From assembly GCA_949372655.1 (NCBI GenBank), contig CASIAI010000002.1, positions 295,184 through 359,183 of the forward strand: 64,000 nt of DNA, given 5' to 3'. Positions 10,185-19,373 of this stretch are shown here, piece by piece. Position 1 is the stretch's first letter. The number at the start of each line of letters is the position of its first letter. The translations under genes were made by a program, and so were the position numbers. Source of the DNA: Candidatus Poseidoniaceae archaeon. GTDB taxonomy: Archaea > Thermoplasmatota > Poseidoniia > Poseidoniales > Poseidoniaceae. The notes under the pieces were generated by a model. It was not told the DNA's origin, did no database searches, and saw only the letters and a program-made list of their open reading frames with translations.

Positions 10185-11355
10185 TATTACCGCATGATGG
10201 GCAAACCGGATTTACGCTAGTCTGTAGATTGGCTGAAGGGATTTCTCCACCGCTGCCATCAACTGCTTTTTGTGCAGTTTGTTGCTTCAAGAATTCTTGC
10301 ATTACATCAGGTGTTAGAGCACCATTTTCTGCAGCCATTTCCATCATCTTGACTTGCAAGTCATTCTGCTTATCCATACGCTGGTCTTGATGGTCATGTT
10401 GTTGTTCAATTCTAGCACGCTTCTTAGCTTGAACCTGTTCAAAAAGAGCCATTGCTTGTTCGGTTTTATGACTTGATTCCTTCATTTTTAATTCGGATTT
10501 ACCCTGGTCACGCTTTAACTCTGCTTCCCATTTTGCTTCTTGCTTACGTAATTCTTTCAGTTCACTTTCCATTTCAACAGAAACTCTACCAGAAGATTGT
10601 GCTTTGGCAACATTAACTTCACATTCAATACGGCGTAGTGTTGCAGCTTCCCTTACTGCGATTCTTTCCATAAGTGCCTCTGCATGTGCACCTTCTGTTT
10701 GAGTTGCAGCAGAGAGTTCAGACCTTAATTGTGCAATCTTTTCACTATCGGTAGAATTAGTTGCAACAAAGGCTTTCAAGAATGTAAACCCGAGTGTAGA
10801 TAAAGTCGCACGCATTTCCACTTCAGCACGCATTTCGAATTGTTCTTGAAAGTGAGGCTTTCTAAGGTCATCACTAGTTTGACATTGTGAAAGTGTTGGA
10901 GCAATTACTCTATTGTTTAACTCGTGTTGCAAGACTTTAATCAATCTTTCACGGTCGAGTAGAGGGGCACTATTGGCAAACATGTTTAGGAGTTTAGGGA
11001 TGTCATCATCACGGATTTGAACCCTTAGGTTGGCAAAGCCCTGAACTTTTGAACCATCAGGTAAATTTCCTTCGAATGGAATCGAAATATCAGCAGGACC
11101 CGTCATAGCAAAAAGCATTCGACGGTCTGTTGCTGTAGCGCCTAACATATCTCCGAGATACCGACCTAAACCTCCACCTATGTTGCGAACAATTTTTTCG
11201 GAGACAATATCCCCTATTCTACCATCAATAATGAAAGCACAAGCCTCATTTGGCTTTAGAATAACTTGTCTTGACTTCCATGTTTGAATATCATCTGCAT
11301 TAACTAGTCTGGCAAGAATAGTTGGATTACTTCTCCATCTGTATATATTAGACAT
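10135..11355 (-). CDS. SPFH/band-7-like domain protein with coiled-coil and C-terminal zinc-ribbon (COG4260/YdjI-like)
   Basis: 406 aa. N-terminal beta-rich SPFH-like region (ILKPNEACAFIIDGRIGDIVSE...). Long charged helical segment. C-terminal CPSCG-x11-CPNCG ribbon. Confidence 0.65.
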   Translation of the reverse strand: MSNIYRWRSNPTILARLVNADDIQTWKSRQVILKPNEACAFIIDGRIGDIVSEKIVRNIGGGLGRYLGDMLGATATDRRMLFAMTGPADISIPFEGNLPDGSKVQGFANLRVQIRDDDIPKLLNMFANSAPLLDRERLIKVLQHELNNRVIAPTLSQCQTSDDLRKPHFQEQFEMRAEVEMRATLSTLGFTFLKAFVATNSTDSEKIAQLRSELSAATQTEGAHAEALMERIAVREAATLRRIECEVNVAKAQSSGRVSVEMESELKELRKQEAKWEAELKRDQGKSELKMKESSHKTEQAMALFEQVQAKKRARIEQQHDHQDQRMDKQNDLQVKMMEMAAENGALTPDVMQEFLKQQTAQKAVDGSGGEIPSANLQTSVNPVCPSCGNSVQANWNACPNCGQSL

Positions 11356-11360
11356 TTATA

Positions 11361-11909
11361 TCACTTCTTTTTCAAATTCTTTTTTTGTCTTAGACCACCA
11401 AGGATCGTTGCTCTTGTTCCAAAGAAACCACGGCAACTAGTGGACATTTGTTGACATTGTCTTATCAGTTTGATAATTTCTTCTGGATTAGACCCTTTAT
11501 TGAATGCGTGTTCTGCACTATTGGCGATATTTACTGACTTGGTTATCATTTCAATGACATCATGGTCATGTTTTATCAACTTCTTCAAGTCAGATTTCGA
11601 TGCAGAGCGTGTACCAGAAAGGAAAGCATGGTCCATTCCAGTCGGTGCTTTATCGACATCTTCGATAAGAGCATCTATTTCTGTACAAGCCGCTTTGGCT
11701 GCTCTAGCAATAGGGATTGCACCATCTTTGAAAGCAGAATCATGAACATTAGAAATATGGCTCCTGGCTCTCCCAGCGGCTCGTTCTATCTCCTCGCGAA
11801 TTAATTTATCTGCATCTCTTCGCTTGCCTTTTGTATAACCAGAGTAACCTGATAAAACCATTTGTATGCCACGTACATATGGAAGAACATCTAATGGGGT
11901 ACCTAACAT
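11361..11909 (-). CDS. hypothetical soluble alpha-helical protein
   Basis: 182-aa ORF, 5 nt upstream of the SPFH gene on the same strand. No motif recognised. Confidence 0.45.
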   Translation of the reverse strand: MLGTPLDVLPYVRGIQMVLSGYSGYTKGKRRDADKLIREEIERAAGRARSHISNVHDSAFKDGAIPIARAAKAACTEIDALIEDVDKAPTGMDHAFLSGTRSASKSDLKKLIKHDHDVIEMITKSVNIANSAEHAFNKGSNPEEIIKLIRQCQQMSTSCRGFFGTRATILGGLRQKKNLKKK

Positions 11910-11969
11910 GTGCGCTCATACATTCTTTAGCATCGCTCGTTATTATTGGTTGCCCTAAGTAGTTTTAAA

Positions 11970-12620
11970 CTAAGAACAAATTATTTCCCAGTTTAATACT
12001 CTATCAGCTACTAATTCCGCTTCTTCTTTATCATGGGTTACATGTATAGCAGTTATCTTTCTAGACTTCAAAAATTTACGTGTTTCAATGGCTAGTTTAC
12101 GACGTGATTTAACATCTAATGCTGAAAATGGTTCATCTAATAATAATAATTCTGGTTTTGCTAAAAGGGCTCTTGCTAGGGCGACTCTTTGTGATTCTCC
12201 ACCGGATAGAGATTCTATCTTTCGCTTAGCAAAGCCAGGTAATCCGATAAATTCTAGTTCCCTTTCTATTATCTCCATGTTATCTTTTTTATCGCCCTTC
12301 TGTTTGGAACCTAATAAGATATTCTTGCCTACATTTAGATGTGGGAATAAAATTGGCTTCTGGAAAATAAAACCAACTTTTCCTTCTGTATTATTATCCT
12401 TAATGTCTTGGCCATTGAAAAATATACTATCTTTCTCACAAGTTTCTAATCCACAAATCATTCTTAGCATGGTAGTTTTACCACAACCACTTGGCCCTAA
12501 TATTGCGATAATTTGATTTTCTTCAACATTAAGATTTAGATTTGTAAAAATATCTTCATTTTCAAACCTCTTAGATAAATTACGTATTGCTATAATCTCA
12601 TTTGAATTATTACCAGTCAT
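11970..12620 (-). CDS. thiQ: ABC transporter ATP-binding protein, short ThiQ-like form
   Basis: 216 aa. Walker A GPSGCGKTT, signature LSGGESQRVALARAL, Walker B LLLLDEPFSALD. It lacks the C-terminal TOBE-type extension of FbpC/PotA-like ATPases, as ThiQ does. Its start overlaps the permease stop by 1 nt. Confidence 0.7.
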   Translation of the reverse strand: MTGNNSNEIIAIRNLSKRFENEDIFTNLNLNVEENQIIAILGPSGCGKTTMLRMICGLETCEKDSIFFNGQDIKDNNTEGKVGFIFQKPILFPHLNVGKNILLGSKQKGDKKDNMEIIERELEFIGLPGFAKRKIESLSGGESQRVALARALLAKPELLLLDEPFSALDVKSRRKLAIETRKFLKSRKITAIHVTHDKEEAELVADRVLNWEIICS

Positions 12621-14380
12621 TAAAATCCACTCCCCTCTCCACTTGGTCTTACTTTTTCGGCTAATAAGAATAATACGAACGTTAGTGCCATTAGAATTGT
12701 CGCACTTGCCATAGCCATTGGATAGATAAGAGGGTTAAACTTTGGCTGACTCATCAATTGGTCGACAAGGATCGATAAAGTATCCCAAGACCCTGAACGA
12801 ACTAATATCCAAGTAGCACCAAATTCACCTAATGAGAAGGCTATTGTCAAAGAACCGGCTACTGCTAGGGGTCCGAGTAAAAAACTCAATCTCGAATGTA
12901 TCCAAATTCTAAATTCAGATAGACCTAGCATCTTTGCTTGTTCTTCGAATGAATTATCTAGGCTGCGAATCGCAGGAAGCATAACTCTAACCACAAATGG
13001 AGTGGTGAGTAATACGTGGGGTAATACAGGAACCATGAACCAATTGAATAATGAAGGACTCCACCTTAGTATACCCAATAAAATCCCGAGACCAATCATT
13101 ACAGCAGAAATTCCAAGTGGTGCCAGACTTATCAAATCCACTATCTTAGCCATTCTCACCTTACCAGACAGTTCTAGGCGATTAATAGTCGAAGCAATTA
13201 CCCAGCCAATAGTTAGTGAAAATACCAGAGTGATTAGAGCATAAATCAAAGAATTCCCCAATGCCTCATGCAATGCAATTGTAGAATTATCACCAGCCCA
13301 AACATTCTCCCAAGCCGCTAAAGTAAATTCATTAGAAACGATTCCATCTTCAACAGTTCTAACAATAAAAGATGACCAAGTGATTAAAATTAGAGGTAAT
13401 AGTGTGAAAATTAGACCAGATAAAATAGTAATTCTTCCAAGTATTGTAGGTTTCCCACGGCTATTTCTAGCACTTGATTCACTAACCATTGCATGTCTCA
13501 GGGAGTGTTTTCTTTGTAATCTAGAAGTAAAACCTAGTGCTGTAATCAATATGATTAGTTGAACAAGACAAATAGCAAGTACAATTTCACTAGTATCAAC
13601 TCGGTAATTGTATATGCCAGCCGTTCCTCCGGATTCAGCCATGAGTGATTCCATTGTGGAATTATTAGGAGTAAGCCATTTGACTAAGGCGAATGAGGTG
13701 AAGGAAAATACGAAGCAAAGGGCAGATGCACACGCTATCGCTGGGCCAATAAACGGTAGCCAAATATTTCTGATTCTACCTAAACGACTATTTCCAGCGG
13801 GGAGTAATCTGAGCTGCTCTTCCCAACTAGGGTCCATAGTTGACAATGTAGGCTCAACCATTCGAACTATTAGTGAAATATTGAACCATGCATGTGCGAC
13901 TATTAGAGCGATGAAATGACCAGTATTCTCAAATCCGGTCAGTGATGATATCTCACCGATAAAACCACTCTCACTACGTAGGTCAATCCCAATTTTTTGT
14001 AATGGTCCATCTTGGTCAATTAGAGCTAAAAAACCCATGGCAGCAACTATCGCTGGCATGACGAATGGAATGGATAATAGCGAACGAATAATCGGGATAT
14101 GTTTCCATTCATACCTACCTAATTGCCATGCTAGAGGTAAGCCAATTATTAATGTCAGAATTACAGAAAATAAAGACTCAACCATTGTGAACTTCAGAGC
14201 ATCTAGAGTTTCAGGATTCTCAAAAAACAATATAATGGAATCAAGAGAACTATTTCCAGTGACAGACTCTAAGCGAATTATCGCATATAGTAAGGGTAAG
14301 ATAATTGCCAATGCGAAAGAGGTTATTATTACCCATTGGGCTAAATTGAAAATTAAACTTCTACCCTTGCCCATTCGCAT
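12620..14380 (-). CDS. thiP: ABC transporter permease, duplicated (two-module) ThiP/FbpB type
   Basis: 586 aa, about 12 TM segments in two homologous halves. This is the architecture of thiamine / iron(III) family permeases. Confidence 0.7.
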   Translation of the reverse strand: MRMGKGRSLIFNLAQWVIITSFALAIILPLLYAIIRLESVTGNSSLDSIILFFENPETLDALKFTMVESLFSVILTLIIGLPLAWQLGRYEWKHIPIIRSLLSIPFVMPAIVAAMGFLALIDQDGPLQKIGIDLRSESGFIGEISSLTGFENTGHFIALIVAHAWFNISLIVRMVEPTLSTMDPSWEEQLRLLPAGNSRLGRIRNIWLPFIGPAIACASALCFVFSFTSFALVKWLTPNNSTMESLMAESGGTAGIYNYRVDTSEIVLAICLVQLIILITALGFTSRLQRKHSLRHAMVSESSARNSRGKPTILGRITILSGLIFTLLPLILITWSSFIVRTVEDGIVSNEFTLAAWENVWAGDNSTIALHEALGNSLIYALITLVFSLTIGWVIASTINRLELSGKVRMAKIVDLISLAPLGISAVMIGLGILLGILRWSPSLFNWFMVPVLPHVLLTTPFVVRVMLPAIRSLDNSFEEQAKMLGLSEFRIWIHSRLSFLLGPLAVAGSLTIAFSLGEFGATWILVRSGSWDTLSILVDQLMSQPKFNPLIYPMAMASATILMALTFVLFLLAEKVRPSGEGSGF

Positions 14381-14392
14381 GGAAAAGCCCCA

Positions 14393-15529
14393 TCATTGTG
14401 TTGCAGATTTCCAATTTGTCAGCCACTGTTCCATTTCCATCTCAATACGAGAGATTGGTATCTCTGCAGGTTGGTTGGCTATGTCAGCGTGGAATCTAAA
14501 GCCATCTGTTTCAGGGAGGCTAGAGTTTTCAAGTACAGAATACATTAGATTATTCTCAGGCATTAGTGTATTTATTCCATTTGAAAGAAGATGCTCAATA
14601 AATAACTCTGCACCAGCAACATTAGCAGCACCATTTATTATTCCAACATACTCAACTTGATGGAATGATGACTTTGGTAGGTTCAAACTTGTTGAATGTG
14701 TCCAATTAGAACTGTAAAATGCTTCGACGCCTGGTGAATGACAATAAGATACTGTAAGGTGAGAATCTCCGATATATCCTACAGTGTATTCACCATATCC
14801 TCCAGTGTAATGAGTTTCGTATGCTTCAGTCCATCCAGAGGTAAATGTAGCGCCATTGTCAGACATTTCACTCCACCAGTCAAAGGCATCGGTTTGATTG
14901 TCATCATCATTTTCGAAGTATTCGATTGTGGCTATCATAAATGCTCTTCCTGGTGAAGAAGATAGAGGCGAGGGGAAAGCTGTTTTTCCATTCCACTGTG
15001 GCTCGGTAAGATTCCATAGAGATGTAGGCAAAGTGACATTTTCACCATCGACATAATTCTCATCATAGTTTAAGCAAACAGTTCCTTGGTCAAACGGTAT
15101 AGCAAGTTCACCTTGGTAAGGTTTTAATGCTGATGTTGATATATTTTCGAATTGTGGACTTTGTGTAAAAAGTGTCTCTCTCAATAAGCAGTTATCAATA
15201 GCAGTTTTCAGGTAAGAATTATCTAATCCAATCATTAAATCTGCTTGTTGTGCTGATTTAGTTAACATCATTTGATCTAATACTCCTCCAGCATCACTTT
15301 CTTTGATGAATTCAACCTCCATACCCGATGATGATTCAAATTCTTCAACCATTGAATCTGTTAGAGCCAATACATCGTAAGTGAGTATTCTTAATTTCCC
15401 ATCATCATCGTGTCCTGCTGGAAGCGTCACACACTCTTGTTCTTGGTTATCAGCTACACTTTCATCCAAGCAACCCGATAGTGGGGCGCAAAGTAAAATA
15501 CCAATCAATGTAAATAGTTTTAAGTTCAT
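14393..15529 (-). CDS. thiB: ABC transporter substrate-binding lipoprotein (ThiB/TbpA - FbpA family)
   Basis: 378 aa. Signal peptide ending LSGC (lipobox-like Cys). Type II periplasmic-binding-protein length. Operon position is upstream of the permease and ATPase. Confidence 0.65.
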   Translation of the reverse strand: MNLKLFTLIGILLCAPLSGCLDESVADNQEQECVTLPAGHDDDGKLRILTYDVLALTDSMVEEFESSSGMEVEFIKESDAGGVLDQMMLTKSAQQADLMIGLDNSYLKTAIDNCLLRETLFTQSPQFENISTSALKPYQGELAIPFDQGTVCLNYDENYVDGENVTLPTSLWNLTEPQWNGKTAFPSPLSSSPGRAFMIATIEYFENDDDNQTDAFDWWSEMSDNGATFTSGWTEAYETHYTGGYGEYTVGYIGDSHLTVSYCHSPGVEAFYSSNWTHSTSLNLPKSSFHQVEYVGIINGAANVAGAELFIEHLLSNGINTLMPENNLMYSVLENSSLPETDGFRFHADIANQPAEIPISRIEMEMEQWLTNWKSATQ

Positions 15530-15538
15530 AATTCCACC

Positions 15539-16402
15539 TCAAAGAGCAGCCACTAATTGGTGTGTTCTATCTATTAGTTCTAAGGGGTTATGTGCTAGAA
15601 TGTACATACTTGGCTCCCAACCAAAATCTCCAACATCCAAAACAACATCCAATTTATTGTGAGAGCCAGTTATCTTACCTTTATTAGAAATAGCAAATGA
15701 ATATCCCAATTGGTCACATATTTGCTTTATTTTCTTCTGGTCTATCTTGTCCTGTTTATTTAACGGGTTGATATTGATTATTGAGGTTTTAGCCTCATTC
15801 ATTATATGTGCCTGCAGTAGTACATTTGCAAGGTGGTTGGAGACGCCAAAACTCGGAGTCTCATAATGCCGTAATTTACCATCGACAATAGAAATCTTAC
15901 CAGGGAATGCTGCTACTTGTGAAGCGTCTCTTGCTCCCTTGTTACACGATGCTATATTCATCCCAACTGCTGGCATAACATGCTTCACTCTTTTGGAGTC
16001 GAGGCGCCCTATTGCCCATTCGAGTCTTCTGAGTAATGCTCTTTGTTCTTGTCCTTGATCTAAGTCTAGTCCAGTCAAAGTCTTATCAAAGCGAATAGTA
16101 TGATTGCCCTTAAACTGAAACTCTACAACCAGTCTTTGCCTAACCACTTCACTCTTTGGACCTATCGAGTTTAAGGCCTGTGATAATTCACTTGACCAGG
16201 CATCTACCATCGCTTCATCGCCCGATGAAGATAATTCGATTGCAGGTTTTTGAATATGTCTCGAGATAGTACTTTGAGTCGAACCGAGGATATCTGCAAT
16301 TTCTGCTTGAGACCACCCTTTTGTCCGCAAATCTTTCGCCACATCTTGGTGCAATCTATCTAGCCACTTACTTCCAACTTCTCCTAGCATGTGTTGTGTC
16401 AA
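15539..16402 (-). CDS. HTH + ThiN-domain protein (archaeal ThiR-like thiamine regulator)
   Basis: 287 aa. N-terminal HTH WSQAEIADILGSTQSTISRHI. The C-terminal domain has ThiN-like segments MPAVGMNIA... and AAFPGKISIVDGKL. Only 9 nt upstream of the substrate-binding protein gene. Confidence 0.65.
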   Translation of the reverse strand: MTQHMLGEVGSKWLDRLHQDVAKDLRTKGWSQAEIADILGSTQSTISRHIQKPAIELSSSGDEAMVDAWSSELSQALNSIGPKSEVVRQRLVVEFQFKGNHTIRFDKTLTGLDLDQGQEQRALLRRLEWAIGRLDSKRVKHVMPAVGMNIASCNKGARDASQVAAFPGKISIVDGKLRHYETPSFGVSNHLANVLLQAHIMNEAKTSIININPLNKQDKIDQKKIKQICDQLGYSFAISNKGKITGSHNKLDVVLDVGDFGWEPSMYILAHNPLELIDRTHQLVAAL

Positions 16403-16505
16403 GTCGTCTTACTATTCAATGTTACTAACTAATTATGCATATTGAATACCGTTTTATCAGTTTTTTACCTTTTTCTGGCACTAGTGGAATGTCCATTGTA
16501 TAGAT

Positions 16506-16528
16506 ATTTACATTTGGGCAATGTAAAT
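16506..16528. promoter_or_regulatory. perfect palindrome ATTTACATT-N5-AATGTAAAT in a divergent promoter region (candidate operator)
   Basis: 9-bp arms read directly at 16506-16514 and 16520-16528. A degenerate half-site (AATTTACCATT) lies near 16553. A second inverted repeat TATTCAAT-N20-ATTGAATA lies at 16413-16448. All sit in the 320-bp AT-rich spacer between the ThiR-like gene and the decarboxylase gene. Confidence 0.4.
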
Positions 16529-16722
16529 TTAATTTTTATCATTTTATCGACTTAATTTACCATTTGACGAATTTTTGGCTCTGTATGCCCCGGATGCATC
16601 TTGAATAAATAATTATTCATCATAGTTTGAACCATCTTTAAGGTCATCTTTTATCAATAATGTCAAACATTTAGTCACATAAGACTAAGGCTTGAAAGGA
16701 CTCGCCAGTTTGGGGAGAGATA

Positions 16723-18144
16723 ATGGCACTTGAAGAGTTCATCGACCAACTTGCAGAGAGGATTGTCAGTTATGTTAAGGCCGAAGAAGACCATTCCAAG
16801 AAGACCATCGACTTTTTATCACATAGTTCACGTTCAAAGACGACTGATATCAAATTACCACTAGAAGGTCTGGGTCCACAAGGAGTGATGGATGATATTG
16901 ATGAATTCCTAAAACAATGTATCAAGACAAATCGTGGTGAATTCATGAATCCTCTTTGGGGTGGGATGAACATAACCGCTTTTGCTGGTGAATTAATTGC
17001 AACTTTGACTAACCAGTCAATGTATACATACGAACTAGCACCTCTTGCGTCTATTATTGAGCAGACAATAATTAACAGGATGTCTGAAATTATCGGCTTT
17101 TCTGAAGGATTTGGCACCTTGACTACTGGTGGTTCTAATGGTAACATGCTAGGTATGCTTTGTGCGAGGCAATCTATCCTCCCTAGTTCCTCGAAAACTG
17201 GTTTTGATGGTAGTAAGTATGCTGCTTTTGTCTCCAGTGAGTCTCATTACTCCGTTCTGATGTCAGCTAATGTTGTTGGAATTGGTCACCAAAATGTAAT
17301 CAAAGTGGCATGTGATGAAAAGGGTAGAATGAAATCTTCAGCATTGCTTGAAGAAATAGATAGAAGTCGTACAAATGGATTGATTCCATTTTGCATTATT
17401 GCTACTTCAGGTACTACTGTCAGAGGTGCTTTTGACCCTATTGATGAACTTGCTGAGATAGCTCATGCTGAATCGATTTGGCTGCATGTAGATGCAGCAT
17501 GGGGCGGAAGTTGCCTGTTTTCTTCCAAGAAGAGACATTTGATGAATGGAGTAGAACTAGCAGATAGCGTATGTTGGGATGCACACAAAATGATGGGCAT
17601 GCCATTGATTTGTAGTGCTTTTATCATAAAGCAGCCAGAGATACTGAGAAGTGTTTGTTCACACGGAGATGTTGCACATTATTTATTCCATGAAGAATCT
17701 AAAGACTTTGACTTAGGAAGATATTCACTACAATGCGGAAGAAGAAATGATTCGCTTAAGTTGTGGTTGGCATGGAGAGAGATTGGAGACTCTGGCTGGG
17801 CTAGAATGGTTGATGATTATTGCAGTCTAGCCGATCATCTAGAGCAGAGGGTTACCGAAGATTCCGAGTTGGAAATGATGTCACACAGAGATTGGACAAA
17901 TGTTTGCATCAGATATAATGATAATTCTGGCGACCATGACTTGAACGAACTTAATGCACAAATTAGAGATAGGCTGCTAAAAGAAGGAGAGATTCTAGTA
18001 AGTCGCTCAAATATTGGTACAGATGTAATACTTAGGCCTGTAATATCAAACCCATCTGTGACCTCTGATATACTCGATAGGCTTGTTGAAAAAGTCAAGA
18101 ATCATGCATCAGATATTATCTCTGGCATACCTCCATCTAAATGA
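16723..18144 (+). CDS. group II PLP-dependent amino-acid decarboxylase (GAD/CSAD/DABA-decarboxylase-like)
   Basis: 473 aa. TTGGSNGNMLG, SSESHYSV, and the PLP-lysine motif WDAHKMMGMP. Confidence 0.85.
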   Translation: MALEEFIDQLAERIVSYVKAEEDHSKKTIDFLSHSSRSKTTDIKLPLEGLGPQGVMDDIDEFLKQCIKTNRGEFMNPLWGGMNITAFAGELIATLTNQSMYTYELAPLASIIEQTIINRMSEIIGFSEGFGTLTTGGSNGNMLGMLCARQSILPSSSKTGFDGSKYAAFVSSESHYSVLMSANVVGIGHQNVIKVACDEKGRMKSSALLEEIDRSRTNGLIPFCIIATSGTTVRGAFDPIDELAEIAHAESIWLHVDAAWGGSCLFSSKKRHLMNGVELADSVCWDAHKMMGMPLICSAFIIKQPEILRSVCSHGDVAHYLFHEESKDFDLGRYSLQCGRRNDSLKLWLAWREIGDSGWARMVDDYCSLADHLEQRVTEDSELEMMSHRDWTNVCIRYNDNSGDHDLNELNAQIRDRLLKEGEILVSRSNIGTDVILRPVISNPSVTSDILDRLVEKVKNHASDIISGIPPSK

Positions 18145-18178
18145 GTTAGGAACTATCTCTTTTACTTGAGTTTAAGGA

Positions 18179-19312
18179 GTGTCTAGTTTTCCAATAACCA
18201 TGGGCGAGCATCAGCCGGTTCGAACTTCGCTATATGACGAGCATGTATTGCTCGACGGAAATATTGTAGATTTTCATGGTTTTGAATTGCCGATATGGTA
18301 TAGTAACATCAAGGATGAGCATCTTTCTACAAGAAGTGGAGCAGGATTATTCGATGTTTCTCACATGGGCGTTTTCAAATTCTCTGGGCCTAGCGTCAAA
18401 GATTGGCTACAAAGTATCGCTACACAGAGGGTGACATCGATTTCACCTTCGAGGTGTGCTTACACTCATTTCCTTGATGATGATGGTTTCATAATTGATG
18501 ACATGATTTTTGCTGTAGTATCAGAAACAGAAATTTTGGGAGTGCCCAATGCTTCCATGATTGGAATTATGTGGGAATGGTTCAATACCAAATTACCACA
18601 AGATGATTCAGTTGTTTTAGAAAACTTATCTGATGATTATTCAATAGTTGCTCTTCAAGGTCCTGAGTCTAAAAACATACTATCGTCGGTTTTAGGTGAG
18701 CAAAATCATGTCGGAAGATTCCGTTGGCAACTTCTTACCACTAACTCTCATCAAGTGTCTGGATGGATTCAAGGTACAGGTTATACAGGTGAGTCTGGTT
18801 ATGAGATTTTTATCCCTAATAGTGAGGCACCATTACTTTGGCGAGAGTTGATTAAATCAGGAGCGACACCAGTAGGACTCGGTGCTAGAGATACATTGCG
18901 ATTAGAAAAAGGATACCTGCTATCCGGAGTAGATTTCTGTTGGCCAAAGTCCGACTCAAGTGTTCCATTCTTGGCACGAGATTCATGGGAGACAAATGTT
19001 CCATTTGGTCTTGACTTAGAACATGACTTTGTCGGGAAACAACGAGTCATTAGTCACCATGAAGATGACGCTAGATGGTGGGGCATTAGGTATTTGGAGA
19101 AAGGTCCTTTGCCTCGACCAGGGAAAGAAGTTAGTGATTTAGATGGTAATCTCATCGGTAAATTAAGTTCAGGAGCACCCGCTCCAAGTTTAGACAACAC
19201 CGGTATTGGGATAGGATACATGGAAGGAGTCAAAGAAGGCGATGAAGTTCTCATTGTTGCTAGTCCAAGAAAATCAGTACGAGCAGTAATTGTTCGTCCG
19301 CCGTTTATATGA
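18179..19312 (+). CDS. gcvT: glycine cleavage system T protein (aminomethyltransferase)
   Basis: 377 aa. TSLYDEH...FHGFELPIWY, DVSHMG, GYTGESGYEIF. The ORF opens with GTG at 18179. ATG at 18200 (MGEHQP...) is an alternative start. Confidence 0.92.
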   Translation: MSSFPITMGEHQPVRTSLYDEHVLLDGNIVDFHGFELPIWYSNIKDEHLSTRSGAGLFDVSHMGVFKFSGPSVKDWLQSIATQRVTSISPSRCAYTHFLDDDGFIIDDMIFAVVSETEILGVPNASMIGIMWEWFNTKLPQDDSVVLENLSDDYSIVALQGPESKNILSSVLGEQNHVGRFRWQLLTTNSHQVSGWIQGTGYTGESGYEIFIPNSEAPLLWRELIKSGATPVGLGARDTLRLEKGYLLSGVDFCWPKSDSSVPFLARDSWETNVPFGLDLEHDFVGKQRVISHHEDDARWWGIRYLEKGPLPRPGKEVSDLDGNLIGKLSSGAPAPSLDNTGIGIGYMEGVKEGDEVLIVASPRKSVRAVIVRPPFI

Positions 19313-19373
19313 AATGAAGAGGGAGTATTATGGTCGTTACGCGCACAGATAGAATTGTCAAGGGGGTTATTAT

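Noticed and set aside
14037-14660. 207-aa plus-strand ORF spanning the permease / binding-protein junction
   Set aside because: It is antisense to two confidently assigned ABC transporter genes and crosses their intergenic gap. No motifs.
16403-16722. TPP riboswitch upstream of the thiamine-type transporter operon
   Set aside because: Neither strand shows the conserved CUGAGA / ACCUGAUCUGGAUAAUGCCAGCG-like core. The region is AT-rich promoter-like sequence with palindromes instead.
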